A stretch of 64,000 bases of DNA from Camelus dromedarius (lineage: Eukaryota): NCBI RefSeq assembly GCF_036321535.1, contig NC_087437.1, positions 83,764,001-83,828,000 of the forward strand. The letters are read 5' to 3'. A program made the position numbers and the translations under genes. How positions within the stretch are numbered: the first letter of the stretch is position 1; each line of letters starts with the position of its first letter. Of this stretch, positions 23,715 through 37,049 are shown one piece after another. The notes under the pieces were generated by a model that saw nothing but the letters and a program-made list of their open reading frames with translations, searched no databases and was not told the origin of the DNA.

Positions 23715-23925
23715 TTAATAGTGAAAATGCCTAGGCTTGAGGGCCAAGCAAAACTTTGACTCTACCATTCACTGTCTGATTAATCTTGGATAAGTTATTT
23801 ACCTTCTCTGATACTTAGTTTCTTCATTTGAAAAATGCAGCTAATAGTAAACACCACTTATACTGGGTTTTAGTAGATCATATGGGAAGTACCTGTTAGT
23901 GGCTGACAGTAAGTGTTCGATAAAT
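23715..23925 (+). mobile_element. MIR SINE
   Basis: actctaccattcactgtctgattaatcttggataagttatttaccttctctgatacttagtttcttcatttgaaaaatg. Confidence 0.75.
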
Positions 23926-24154
23926 GAGGGACAAATATTTCTTCTCTTTAATTCCCTAAACTTGACCTATCATTTCATGTGTACACATCTCCATGATATT
24001 TCTCACTCCTGGAAGGATTTCTGGCCTCTGTCAAAACATGCCTGACATACCTGGGGAGAACTTGCTGTTCCCTCCTCCATGCCCGCCTATCATGTTAACT
24101 ACTATGATAGAGGTAGCACGCTATCATAGGTACCATATTTTCTCGTTTACAGTT

Positions 24155-24366
24155 TTGTAATACCAAACTCAAATGCCTCTAGGGACCTGTCAAGTGCAAT
24201 AAATAAGTATATCAGGTTGGTGACAAAGGCATTCAGTCACACTGAAGGGTGAAAGCTCTGGCTAAGGATAATGAATTAAAATGTTTTAAAAACCAGTGTA
24301 GAAATCAAATAAAACACAGCTCTTGGCTGACTTCAGCCTGTGGGCTGCCAGCTGGTGACTCTTGGC
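24155..24366 (+). mobile_element. MER45-like hAT-Tip100 DNA transposon
   Basis: caaactcaaatgcctctagggacc at the left end and cagcctgtgggctgccagctggtgactcttg at the right end resemble recalled MER45 termini. Confidence 0.6.
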
Positions 24367-25924
24367 TGACATGTTAGTTGTGATTCCTGAAGAACAGGGC
24401 TGAGTCATGCACATCTCACTCTCTCCTGTGTGGCCAGTCCCAGAGCTTGTGTCTGGTAGGAGCTCAATGTAATATTTATCAAGTTGAATTAAAATCATCT
24501 TAGATGAATAGTTCAAAGGGAGTTTGACTTTATCTGGATAAATAATAGATTGAGTTTTCCTGATGTCTGAGTTTTAAAAACTATGTATACTCTAATACCA
24601 TAAATATCCTCAAAACTGTGTAATTATTCAAGTTCCGTGAGTAACTTACCATTTTAAACACTATGAAGAGCCAGGGTTTGGGAACAAGGGACAGATTTGT
24701 AAAAATTCTAAAATTCTTTTATTTAAGAATTGGGGAAGGAGTGGGGAAGGAGTGAACTGAAATTGCAAAGTGTGTCCTTGGTTGGCAGATGCCTACCAAG
24801 CCTTTTCTTTTTTTGGTCAGACTTTCAAACTATTTGTTCCTTAAAAAAAATGCTTTTACAGTTCAGGTGCCAAGGAGTCAGCTAAGGAGCTGTTAAGCAG
24901 CATTTATCAGCATATATGAAACTGATATCTATTTAGTGCACAGCCTAAGTATGTTGTACGTTTAATATTTATGAACTAGTGGTGTATCTGTCACATTACT
25001 AAAGGGAGGGTTACACCTTTAGCACACCTGCTAAAGAGGTCATGAGGCAGGCTGCATCTGCCTCTTTGTAATTTTCCAAGGCTGTCTACAAACCAAACTG
25101 GCCACTAGTTGCTAGCATGTATCCTGCTGTCAGGTACATCCCATTGTTGTTTTGGCAGTGTTATCTACAAACAAATATATTAATACACCAGGCAATTCTC
25201 AATTAAGGCTAAGATATTTACATTCCTTTGTAAGTCTTGCTGGCTTTTTCAGGTCAGAATCATACTCATTTGGCATCTATATGGTGTGGAGTGTAAATGG
25301 TAGGATAATTTGGCTTGGTAATTACCATTCTGGAAATTGGATTGGTCTTGAAATAATCAGGGGAGTCTTGAAAAGAACTGAGAGCAGCCAACAGAGAATA
25401 AAACTCATCAAGCCCCTAACGACTTGACATCAATTCTGATACCATAAATGGATGACTGGGGTGGCACCATAACGACGGCAGTGGTGGAAGGACATCCACT
25501 TTTCCAGGTAGCCACTTTTCGCTTGAGATAAGCATGTGGGATTTCTGTCCATGTCACTACCTGCAGCCACGCATGGTGGAAACACTAACAAGGACACCTC
25601 CCTGCATCCTTCCAGTTCAGATCATCTCACTCCTCAGCTTAAAAATTTCAAAATCTCCTTACTGCTGAGCACAAACACAAGACCTAAGAATGGCTTCAAA
25701 ATCCGTCACTTCTTACTCCAAACATACTATTATAACTATTCTTATTGGAATGGTTGCTCACTCCTGGCACAAAGTGAGAATGTTCCGCTTTGGTCTGACC
25801 CATTCTAAATGTCCTGCTTCAGTGTCGCCTCTTCTAAGAGACTTTGCATTTTGTCACTGCTGGAATAAGCCTGCCTTCATCTGTGCTCCCCCAGGAGGAA
25901 GCAAAGATGCCATCAGATGGGTAC

Positions 25925-26105
25925 AAGTTCTGGAGTCAGAGGGGTCCAGGGTCAAACCTCATGTGCCACAACTCACTGGATGACCGCATGCAAGTCACTT
26001 CAACTCCCTGAGGCTCAGTTCCCACTTTGGTATCATGTGGAAATGGTCAGTTATGAAGACATTTGTACAAGGTAGCATTTATAAAATGTCGAGCACTATG
26101 TGGTC
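25925..26105 (+). mobile_element. MIR SINE
   Basis: tctggagtcagagggg...caagtcacttcaactccctgaggctcagtt. Confidence 0.7.
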
Positions 26106-26804
26106 AGTCAAGTAAGACAGTTCTTGGCTCTTTTCCCTCTTTCATGTATAACACTCTTACATTTTGCCTTGTACTATATAATTCTTTCTGTTCATGACAT
26201 ATCATAAATTTCTTGAAGAGTTTCCCATTTTGAATTTCCAGCAGAACTTAGCATGCTATGTTGCATACAGGGGTCAATTGTGAAGGCAACTTTTAAAAAC
26301 AGGAACTAGAATAAAGCATATCTTTTTTATTTATGACAACGTTATTGACGGCTTTGATAGCAGCTTCTAAGGGTGAAATGATAAGATTCATGCAATTGGT
26401 TTAGCAAGTTAGTCAGAATGCCATTAGAGTCATAGAAATGTTGTGACTTGTGAAGTCACTCTAACATTAACAGACAGACACTGAATGACACTAATGGCCA
26501 GGTGTAGGGCCTCCTCAGGCGTCCTCTCCTTCATTTCTCTCAGTTTTGCCTAGCTGCCCTCTCATTTGTGTTCTTAAGGGACAAAGAGAGAATAGCTCTT
26601 GAGGGCAGAGCAATCTGAACTGCTTAAGACCACAGGAAAGGTCAGGCGCAGAGCTGGAGATGACGTTCTATGGAGGGAGAGGCTGACTCCGCGCCTCAGC
26701 TTTCTTAGAAATGAGCCAGCAAATTCAACTACAGCCTCAGGCAGATGAATAACTGTGCTGGGCTCTATTTTCAAAGAAGATTGTACATGTGAAAGGGCCT
26801 TGGA

Positions 26805-26995
26805 AAGAGGCATTATCCAGTCTAACGTGTCTTTTCATTTTTATCGAGGTTATTCCTTTTTTTAAGCTAGATGTCTTTGGGGCCTATATTAACTTTCAGG
26901 TCTGATCTGAGGTAACACTCATTCCTGATAATAAGGCAGAAAATGGAAACAGACTCAAAGAAGCCTGATTTGATTACTCTTACGCCACATGAACT
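26805..26995 (-). mobile_element. MIR-family SINE remnant
   Basis: gggccttggaaagaggcattatccagtctaac at the left edge; ggcagaaaatggaaacagactcaaagaagcctgatttgattactcttacgcc. Confidence 0.5.
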
Positions 26996-29029
26996 GGGCA
27001 TGTCAAGATGGCCTGAAATAATATCTCCGCTGCCAACCTTGCCACCCCTCGCTGTGCTTCCATGCCTGTCTGCCATTAGGCTATCCCCGGCAGGCCATTA
27101 GCTGGAGTTCAGACTGAGGCTCCAAGTACAGCTTGTTCTCTGAGAATTGTTGAGGGAGATTCATGGATTTTATAAAGAGAAAAAGTGAGAGAAAGAGAGC
27201 TAGCAGGTGTTCTCTGTTGAAAATGCCCCTCCCAACGTTCGTTTCAGAGCTAGTTCTGAGGCCCTTTCAGACTCTTGTATCATTAGATTACTGGTTCACT
27301 TAACATACATGCTTTTTATTACATTCTAAATATTGGCTCAGATGTAAATTTGGGTAGTTTGCAAGAATGTTCTGCTAGCGGTGGTGAATGATTATAGCTT
27401 CTTGAATATAGTGACAGTGTGGGAGAAACGGCAGCTTTTGACATGATATATGCAGAGAGGAAAACATTTGAAAGCAGTTTGAGTGCGTTTTATTTCTGCA
27501 TGGGCTCTTTGGGCACCCAGCCACTGTCACAGCATTATTTAGCAAATTACAGCACCACAAAGAGCATTTTATGCTCTGGATATTAGTTTTCAAAAAAGGA
27601 ACCAATAAATATCTGGAGTTAGTATCTAAGAAACAGGACTGAGTTAAAATTAAGAGAACGTTTCTATTTGTAAGTGAAAAATAAAAACTTACTGCTTTCG
27701 AAGTATTACATTCAATTTTATTGCTATTTAAATAGACTCATTTTATGTACATGTTGTTGTGTTAATACTGAAAGAAAAAGATGCTTGTTTATTGATACTT
27801 TAAAGGGGCCACGTCCTTTTATTATACAGTGGTGAATTTATCACCAAATTTTACAGTTTCAGAGTTTCTAGAACAATGATGCACTTTTGTTTACCTTTGA
27901 TTTATTGAAAAATAAATCCAAACAAAACAGTTCTTTAATTTACCCCTTAAATACTGGCACGTGTGCTCCTAAATGGAGCAGATCATTATAGAGTCTTATT
28001 GTCTGTGGTTGTGGGTAAATATTGTGTCATATGAATCACCCTTTAGCATCAATAAAGTTGGGCCAGTGGAGAACTGGGGTGATGAAACTACTCCTTGGAA
28101 GAAAGCTGTTCACCCATGTGAGGCAAATTTAGCGTGCTGGGTGAGGTAATTTGCTAAATGGTACCCTGGTGCCCTGGAAGACTTAATTCACTTCAGTTGA
28201 ATGAGCAGTTGGCTCAAACTCAATCATTGAGACCTACCCATTCATACTCAAAGGCATATAGATCTCAAATTGAATGTTCTTTAATTGGGTGCATATAACT
28301 CCAGGGTGACCCGGGTACAGGGCTGGGAAAATAAAAATGAGTGCAGCCTAATTAGAAAGCCCCATTTCAACTTGCTTTTCAAATCACATTTTCACCACAC
28401 TGAATGGCAGTGACCTAAGGAGATAAAGTAGTTTCAGGAAAGGAAAAAGCAAGTGACAATATCATTGCTTAACTGTAACCACAACCTCTGAGTTTGGAGA
28501 GAGTCCCAGAAAGTGTGTTTAAGTACAGATTTAGCTATAATCTAGCAAATTGTATTTATAGAAAAGTGCTGGCAAAGATAAATACTGAATAGTGGAATAG
28601 GCTTGTCAGGAAATGAACAATGAAGAGGAGATAGATATGGGGGTAAACGATTTATATAGATCAAAGAAAAATGGATGCATAAAGATAAAGTTTTATGTTT
28701 GCGTGTCTCTGTGTAAGTTTATCAAATATTGATTTACCAAACTTTTAGTACAATCTCATACAATAAACAAATGTATAAGACTTTTTCAAACATGCAGTCT
28801 TGAATGAAACAACAAGATTTATTTTCATGAGATATTTTTCTTTGATTTATAATGTGTATCTTAAGAAAAAACTTCGGAATAAGCTCCCCTGTGTAACAAT
28901 ATGCCAGCTGAAACAACTTTTAAAGACAAGCATGCTTAGAGCACATGCTGGATATCCCACAAAAGGAATGTCAGTTCATATTTGATGCCTGAGGAAAGTC
29001 CTGCATCTCGAGTTGTGCTCTGACCTCAC

Positions 29030-29470
29030 GGTAGCAGAGACTGTTGGTGACCCATCAATGTCTGTTTCCTTCTTCCTAGTTTTAGAATCTCTGATTTTGA
29101 GTGGGCACTTGCTGGCCAGAATAAATACAATATTTTTTCAGCTTCCTTATGCAACCAGATGAGGCTATGTGATTAAGTTCTGACTAATGAGTATAAGGGG
29201 AAGTGTCCATAAATGGAGGACATATGACCATGTTTACCCTTTCCTCTTTGAAGCATGGAGCTTAAGCTTACGGAGCCATCTGGACAGTGTACTAAAGACA
29301 GCCACCCCAGGAAGGCACTTGGTCTTTGAGATTCATGAAGCCAACCTCCCAGCCATAGCTGCCTACCTCTAGATGTTGCTTATGTATGGAGAAATAATTT
29401 TTATTCTTTCAATCCACTGTTAATTTGCGGTTTTCTGTTACTCCCAAAAGGATCTATCCATAAACTGGTA
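29030..29470 (+). mobile_element. MLT1-type MaLR LTR
   Basis: gctatgtgattaagttctgactaatgagtataaggggaagtg and a 3' end ...aatccactgttaatttgcggttttctgttac, typical of old MLT1 subfamilies. Confidence 0.7.
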
Positions 29471-30459
29471 GTTTAATGTGTCCTTTTTTAACACTCCTAG
29501 ACCTTGAATTAACTGCATCAATATCCTGTGATGACTTCATCCCACACTTTGAATTTGAAACAGCTTTCATACTTATCATTTTGGCTACTCTAGACTATTC
29601 TTCTATATCTCCACCATTAGATGGCAATTTCTGAGGCCAGTATCATGTGATCTTGTTCACTGTATCTCCTGCACTTAAAAACTGATGAATGACTGAACGA
29701 ATCTTTTTTACTATATATTTTCTACCATTATTTAGATATAAAAATTTTACTTTTGACAAAGATGAATACTGATTAGTAAGTGCAAACATCCCATGGGTCA
29801 TTTCTAATCTAATTTTAATGTCACAGTTTTATCTACAAATGAGATCTTATTTTCATTTTTCAACAGTAAAACAAAGTATAGAGATTAAGTAAGGATGGTG
29901 CTTTGAACATAGAAAAACAAGTATTTTCTCTTTTTTGAAATGAATTCTTCCACTTAAGTTCCACAACTTTGGTATCTGCTTGAAGGCAGAAAATTATGCT
30001 GATCCAAAGAGTCCAAACTTGTCCAGACTTATGAGTCACTGTGCACTGGGACGATTCTGACAGAAGACATTGCTCAACGTTTGGGCTTTTGCCTGAATGT
30101 CAGCTCGTTAGGCTGGCTGGTGAGCAGGACACAGGGAAAGTGGGAGGGGGACAACGCTTTAGAAGGTAAGACTGATACACTTTCTCCCACAATGATACCA
30201 TAGGTAGATGCAGCTGCTCCTTGGATAACTAAACCAAAAAAATCCATTGAAAAACTTTCTGTGGAATCTAGAAATTTCTTGAAACTTCATAGAAATCTAG
30301 GATATTTAGATGAAACTCATTTGCCACTGATTCCTTCTATGGAAGATGGGTACTTTTTTTGTGGAAAAAAAAGATTTAATAGGAAAAAATCTTTGAGATA
30401 GCCATCCTATTCAAAACCTCAAATTCCTCAAGATAGCAAGGATCTAAGAATTACAACTC

Positions 30460-32810
30460 CTATAATCCATCCTCCAACACGCACACATATATCTTTGTAT
30501 CTCTAACTCAGTGAATGGACTTGACCATTCAATTAATTGTTAAGCTGGAAACTTGAGGGTCATTTAGACTCCTTTCTCACAATCACCTTCCTATCCTAAG
30601 GGGCGATGTCCTATGGAGTCTATGCAGTAAATATCTGTCTTGGTCATTTCCTTCTTTTCATTGTCATTGAAATTGTACAACCTTGTTTAAGCCCAGCATT
30701 AGTTTGTACTCTGGATTATTGCCATTACTTTTTAATCGACTTCCCTAACTCCAGTTTGACTTCTCACCCATCTCCCTTATATTCAGGTGGCAGAAGAATA
30801 TTATTAAGATGAAATGTGTTTATGTGATTTCCCTACTTAAAACCTTTTTAAAGGTTCCCTGAAGATTTAAGAATAATGCTTATAATTTAAATTACAGTAT
30901 AATACAACAGTATATGCTAATCAAAAATGCAAACAGTTTAGAACAATGAAAATTCTCTTTTATTATTCATCTAATCCCAACTGCTGTCATTTTGATGTGT
31001 GCCCTCTCAGATGTTTTTATATACCATGTATATTTATATACATTGATTGAAAGTTAATAGTTTTATGCATTCTTAACTAAATGAGATTATAAAATGTATC
31101 TTATACTTAACTTGCTTTTTTACATTTAAAACTGATTACATGTTTTGGAGACCCTTCATGATACTGATTTAACTTTTAACTGCATCATAATATTCACTAG
31201 TACAAATACGCAATGATTCATCAAACCATTTCTTTCTTGGAGAGTATTTAGGCTACTATATGTAATCTAGGATAGTTACATAGTGGTAGACTTCTGGAGT
31301 TGAACAATATGTTCATTTTAAGATATGGCAGATACTTTTAAACAGTCCACCAGAATTCTGTGTCAGTCTATACTCCTATCAATGACAAGTATGTTCTTAT
31401 TTCCCCATAACCTCCCTGGCACTAATATTATCAGTCTCCTCAATTTTTTTTTCTTTGCTAATTAGATATGTTAAATGATTTAATTTTGGTTTTAATTTGC
31501 ATATTACTAGGTATTTGTGAAATAGAGTATATTTTCTTATTTTTATTGATCATCATATTTGTTTTTATGCAAATTGGCTCTTCATATTTTTGCCCCATCT
31601 TATAAAATGGGGTCTTTTAAAAAATGATCTGTAAGAATTCATTGTATAATGTCCATATTAACCCTTTGCTTAATTAATATTGCAATTTTTCTAACAGTTG
31701 TTATTCAACTTATTGATCTCTCTGGTCACATCTACTAATATCAATTTAATATACCCTTTGCTCCCATAATAAGAAAATGCTTGTAGATTTGTTTCACACT
31801 TCTTCCTATATGCTTTCTCTGCTAGTAATATATCCTTTTGAGACAGGAAGGAAAGGGGCAGGACACAACCATTAAAAGAATGACACAGCAAATGAGGATA
31901 GGTTAACTGGTTAAAAACAACTAAATCCAAGATGGTGGAAGACTTGACTTATAGTAGACCTTGACCTTCATTATATGCTCATTGTAATACATTAGCATGC
32001 TAAATGACACACCCACAGGTGCCAGGACAGTTCTGAGGCTGGCCATTAAAGGTCAAAAAGTAGATGGGGGCCCTATTATTGGAAATCCTTGCCCCTTCCC
32101 CAAAACAGCTGGAATAATCCTCCTATTTGTTAGCTTATGAAATTACCTGGCTCACAAAAACTAACTACCCCCACACCTTGTGGCCAATTTCAGTTTCCCA
32201 GATGACCTCTTGCTCTGGGGCCACCTCTTGCCTTTTGAGATGGACTGCATTCTGCCTATGGAATGTGTATCTCCTAAGTCTCTCTCACTTTCTAAGATGA
32301 CCCTATCTCCTGGGGCCACTTCCCTTACCTTCTAAGATGGCCTGTACTCTGTCTATGGAGTCTGTATCTCCTTGAATAAACTTGCTTTCACTTTACTATG
32401 ACTTGCTCTTGAATTCTTTCCTGCACAAAGCCAAAGACCCTCACTTGGAGGGATGCATCACAAGGACTTGCTGAAGACCTGAGGCATGACCATCCTCTCA
32501 ACCCATTTCCCTGCAACACTTTCCTCACCTTTCTAACCAAGTTAACTCTTAGTCATTTTTCAAGAATCTGCTAGTGTTACTCCCTCTAGGGAACTTTCTT
32601 TTATTCTCATTCTTCTTTACAGAGATCCAATTTGCTTAACTTCAACCTCATTCACTCATCTATCACATAGTACTGCACCCAAGTACTAATCCTCAACCTG
32701 TCTGTCTCTTCTACTAGACTTATATACTCCTTGGGAGTAGACACTGAGCCTTATTTGTATTAGTGTCCCACTAGCTGTTCAATATACGCCTGTTGATTGA
32801 ATGACTTGAT
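30460..32810 (+). mobile_element. L2 LINE split by a minus-strand L1M fragment (about 30885-31700) and an ERV1 LTR (31839-32518)
   Basis: L2-like blocks at about 30460-30880, 31775-31838 and 32519-32810 are collinear and end in an L2 tail (gttgattgaatgac). Confidence 0.65.
31839..32518 (+). mobile_element. MER41-like ERV1 solo LTR, 680 bp
   Basis: TG...CA ends, perfect 4-bp TSD CTTT at 31835-31838 and 32519-32522, ccaagatgg motif, cattagcatgctaaatgacac, and aataaacttgctttcactttact...ttgaattctttcctgc, all recalled MER41 hallmarks. Internal duplication of about 95 bp at 32200-32372. Confidence 0.88.
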
Positions 32811-33959
32811 AAGTGCAACCTTCAGGATAGATTGTTGAAACCATTCCTCCATTAGGTAATGAAATTTGGATTTCTCTGAGAGGAACCCACAATTATTTCT
32901 GAAAGCAATTAAATAAATACTTCTTTCTAAGTTGCTTAAGTAAAAAGAGGGTAAAAAGTGGCTTGGTCCACATTACATGATAGGTTAATAAATAAAAGGA
33001 AAGAAAAATACCACAGCTTTCATTCAGGCAAAAAAAATCTTAGAATTAAGAAAAGCCTGGACATCCTAGACATTCTTTTGCTATTCTATTTGCATCTCTG
33101 TGACTATGCTGCTTGCCAGTATGTTTCATTGTTGGGCTTTCCTAATTAATGTAAAATCAATATAAAATTTGTCTTCATGCAACTCCATCCAGTGGTTTCA
33201 AAGTTGCATGTGACAACAAAAATTATATCTGGAGAAACCTATTACTTTTCCTTCCATTTTCCTCCTACATTTTTGGATGTAGGCCAAACATATTTTGATC
33301 TATCAGACACTTATTTTAAAGATATCACCATCTTGGTTACCCTACTGGTGCAAAAAAAGCATACTCTGTCAATGTTAACTTTAAGATGTGTCAACTGGAA
33401 ATGATATTGTATACCAGACGTAGACCATCAACAGGCTCTTTCGTTCCTTAAATATGGTATCTTATATCATTGATATATATAATAGCTTGTATCAGTGGAA
33501 CCTAACATGTAGTTAGCTTTTTTGTAATAGCCATGCCCTACTGCTATCTATTGTTGAACTTGTGGCCAACTAAAATCCCCTGGTGTTTTTCAGTTGACCT
33601 GCATTAATGCCTTCCTCTGCTTAATATGATCTAAAAGCACACTGCTTCATATTTATTCCTTTAAGTTCCTCTTGCTTGTTTTGACCTTTATGACTCATAT
33701 TGAATTCCTCATACACATATAAGAAGATTAACAACCTCACGCTATACTTTAAATAGTCCAACAATTTCCAAATCAAGTCACTGGGAGGCACAGTTGTTTA
33801 ATATAGACACAGTTGTTAGTAAAAAGCTGTGGTATGAGTTTGGTACAATTCTTTAGTAAGAAATGTCACTGTTTTCTTGCTTTATGCTTAACTCAACAGT
33901 GTCATATAGATAATGGATTTTTAAAAATAAATTTGTGGGCAGAAAGTAGAAGATTAACC

Positions 33960-34093
33960 TAATTAAAGAGCATGAGCTTTACAGTAAGAAGGACATGGAT
34001 TCATATCTTGACTTTGCCAATTACAAGCTGTGTGATATTGAATACACTACTTAACATCTCTGACTTAAACTACTTATTGTGAAGTGGGGAAAG

Positions 34094-34124
<31 letters not shown>

Positions 34125-34225
34125 AATAATAATAATAATAAGCCTTATAGTGTTTGTGAGCATTAGTAAAGCTAGATATGAAAAATGCATAGCATAGTGT
34201 CTGGTATGTAGTAGGCATAGAACAG
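33960..34225 (+). mobile_element. MIR SINE containing an expanded microsatellite
   Basis: aagagcatgagcttt...agctgtgtgatattg...cttaacatctctgac...gcatagtgtctggtatgtagtagg. Confidence 0.8.
34094..34141. repeat. Compound trinucleotide microsatellite (TGA)10(TAA)6
   Basis: Read directly. Confidence 0.95.
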
Positions 34226-37049
34226 GCACATGAGAAGGAAATCACATCAGCAAAGTTGGTCCCTCCTGAACCAGCTCGACAACAACACAGAGGAATCCTA
34301 AAATAAAACTTATCTTACACATTTATACTCTCCTAAGACTTCATATCTGGGAACCAGAAGGCCAAGACCATGTGAGGTATCATTTACGCCATTATATGCC
34401 ATTACTTGGCTAAGGTCTTATATTACCGTGAGTGCTTTATAACCCAATAAGCATGTTAAAGGATAAGTATAACACAAAATCAGAAAAGCGGGAAAAGAGA
34501 ACAACTAAGGGATTAGTGTTTAAAGTGAGGCAGGCATTAATTAGAACCATATAGATTTCTGGTCCAAGAAAGCTTCTACTTTAGATAAATTGCCAAGATT
34601 AAAAGGAAAGCTTGCATATATACATAAAATGCTGACTGAAGGGAAAATGCAAAACTGGATGAAAATAGCCTCATGGTTTTGTGGACAGAAAGTGGCAGTG
34701 GAGGTATAGTTAAAAAGCTGCTACTGTGCTATACATTGCAATGGCGGTTCTGAGTACAGTGCAATTTTGCAGGCAAGTTTCATTGACCTTCTACATTTCA
34801 CATTGACCTTGATGCTTATAAATGCTGCAGGGCTCAGCAATTAGTCTTTTGTGAACTGAGAATTCACTTCTTTGTAGGTTCTTAATGTTCGATCTCAATT
34901 AAAACCTATTAAACAGCAAATTCATGGTGAGTCAGAGTAACAGAAAAATTAGGGTCTAATGTGTATCTGTTGTGTAGTGTGAAACAGAGGAAAGAGTTTT
35001 ATTATGAGTTTCAAGGCAGAATTTCTTTTGGTCCTAGCGAGATAAAATACGACTTACGTGTAATTTTTGTCCTTACATCATAATGAAATAGCAAGAAAAA
35101 ACGGCATTTGAGATGATAAAGCAGTAGCCAGGTCACTGAGACAGTGACTTTTCTAAAAGTACAAGAATTTAGCTTGCAAGTCAGCTTCAGAATCTATCTA
35201 TTAGTACTTAAATTTTGGAGAAATTACCTAACATATGCAACTGCTCCAAAAGAAGTTTCTTTTTGTTTTTTGTTTTTGTGTTTTTGTTACCTTTAGAACT
35301 TTTAAAAAAGGAGTGTTTTTCTCTTGAATCTTCATGTCTACCCCTATAATCCCATTTCTACCATTTTACCTCTAGCCCTTAATTACCTGTAATTTTGACT
35401 ATTGCAATAGGCTGCTAATTGGTCCCTTTGTTTCTACTCTTTCCCTGTTATGGTTTATTGAGTTCCCTGGGTACTCTGGCAGCAATATTTTGTAACAGGC
35501 GAGACTGCTGTCCCAAGTGACAGCTTCCTACTGTGACACATGTCATACATTTATATGTGATAACATAATCTGACCTGGGCTCTACCTACCATGTATCAAT
35601 TCTGTTCAGTCCAGACTTTACACATGAATTTAGGCTTTGAGTTTCAAATTCTTTTTCCATGACTCTGTAAGTGAACTATTCTAATCTGATCTTTCTCTGG
35701 CCAACCCCTCAGCTTTTACCAGAATCTGAAGATGACTACTCTGTTGCTACATTCTGGCTTCCAGACTCTACAATTGCTGGTGGAAGGAAATTATTTCTTT
35801 GAAGTCTGTCCTGAATTTCACCTCGAGCTTATCCTAGCAATTCTGCACACCAACCCCTTCAGGAAGAATTGTCATCTTCCCATTCTTCAAAATTTTCTGA
35901 TCTTCAAAAAAATCTTTCTGATCTTAAAAACTCTTACATTTCCATAGTATGGTCTCACACATCTTTCTAATTTATATTTTAATTCCTCCCCATCGAAACC
36001 TAATGCTTAAAGCAGACTGAGATGCTCTCATCTCCAAAACACAAGAATGCTCTTGCCTTGTGCCTCTGCTCACATTGCTTCCCCACCTGGAATGCCTTCT
36101 ACATCATCTCCTTGACTTTTCAAATCCCAGGTATCCTTTAATCTCCAACAGATCTTTCTCTAAATGAAGTTTTCCTGACCACTCACTTCTATGAATTCCT
36201 CACATTTGTATTTGTGTCACAGATTTATTTTATTTTATTTTGTATTCTTATTATTATTATGAGTTTAAACCATAAAGTGGTTGATGGCAGCTGGGGTAAA
36301 ATAAAAATTAGTAGTGCAGCCCAGTACCAGTGCCAATGGACTTTGCACATAAAAGGAACTTTTTCATGTGGAATTCAACAGGGTTTGATTCAACAAAAGC
36401 TATGGTCACGTACATAATCCCTCTCTGGTCCTGTACCCCAGTACAGAGAAAAGCCATAAGGGAGTAAAAACTGGTCACAGTAAGCATTCGCTCAACCAGG
36501 AAGGAAAGAACTTTGCTCTTTACAGTAAATGGGTGTATTTTTATCTGTATATTGGAAAATACCAGGAACTACAGAAATACTGTTTATAATAATCTAAGTT
36601 CAGAGTTTTCCAATATATGCAGACAGAAAGCGTAAATATTCTTTCCAATTAAAACAAAAGCCTTGCCTCTAATTTTGTGTCTTTAAAAACATTTTAATAA
36701 CAACGTATATCACATTTACTATATTCTCATTTGATAATCATAAAACATTCTTAATAATATAAATATATATTCAGCTAATCTTTCTAAAAGATTCTTTCTA
36801 AAGAAAAATCCTTTCTAAAGGATTCACCTAATCCTTTCCCTCATTGGGAAGGAACTATTACATCCCAACCTCTTTGCATAGAACGGAAGTAACTTGCCCA
36901 AAGTCACTTAAATAAGTGACCTAGCAGAGAATCCCAGCAAGTTCTGTGCTTTTAACTGTCACCAAAGTACAGAGAATCCAGCATTTATTTCCTGCCAAGT
37001 GAAACACTTCACTGGGGGACTGCTGGGCCCATTCAATATTTCCTCTTAC

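Noticed and set aside
24102..24129. 9-bp hairpin ctatgatag/ctatcatag
   Set aside because: Lies in decayed repeat sequence, and a stem this short is plausible by chance in 64 kb.
34051..34245. ORF with poly-Tyr/poly-His
   Set aside because: Translation of the (TGA)n(TAA)n microsatellite in a MIR.
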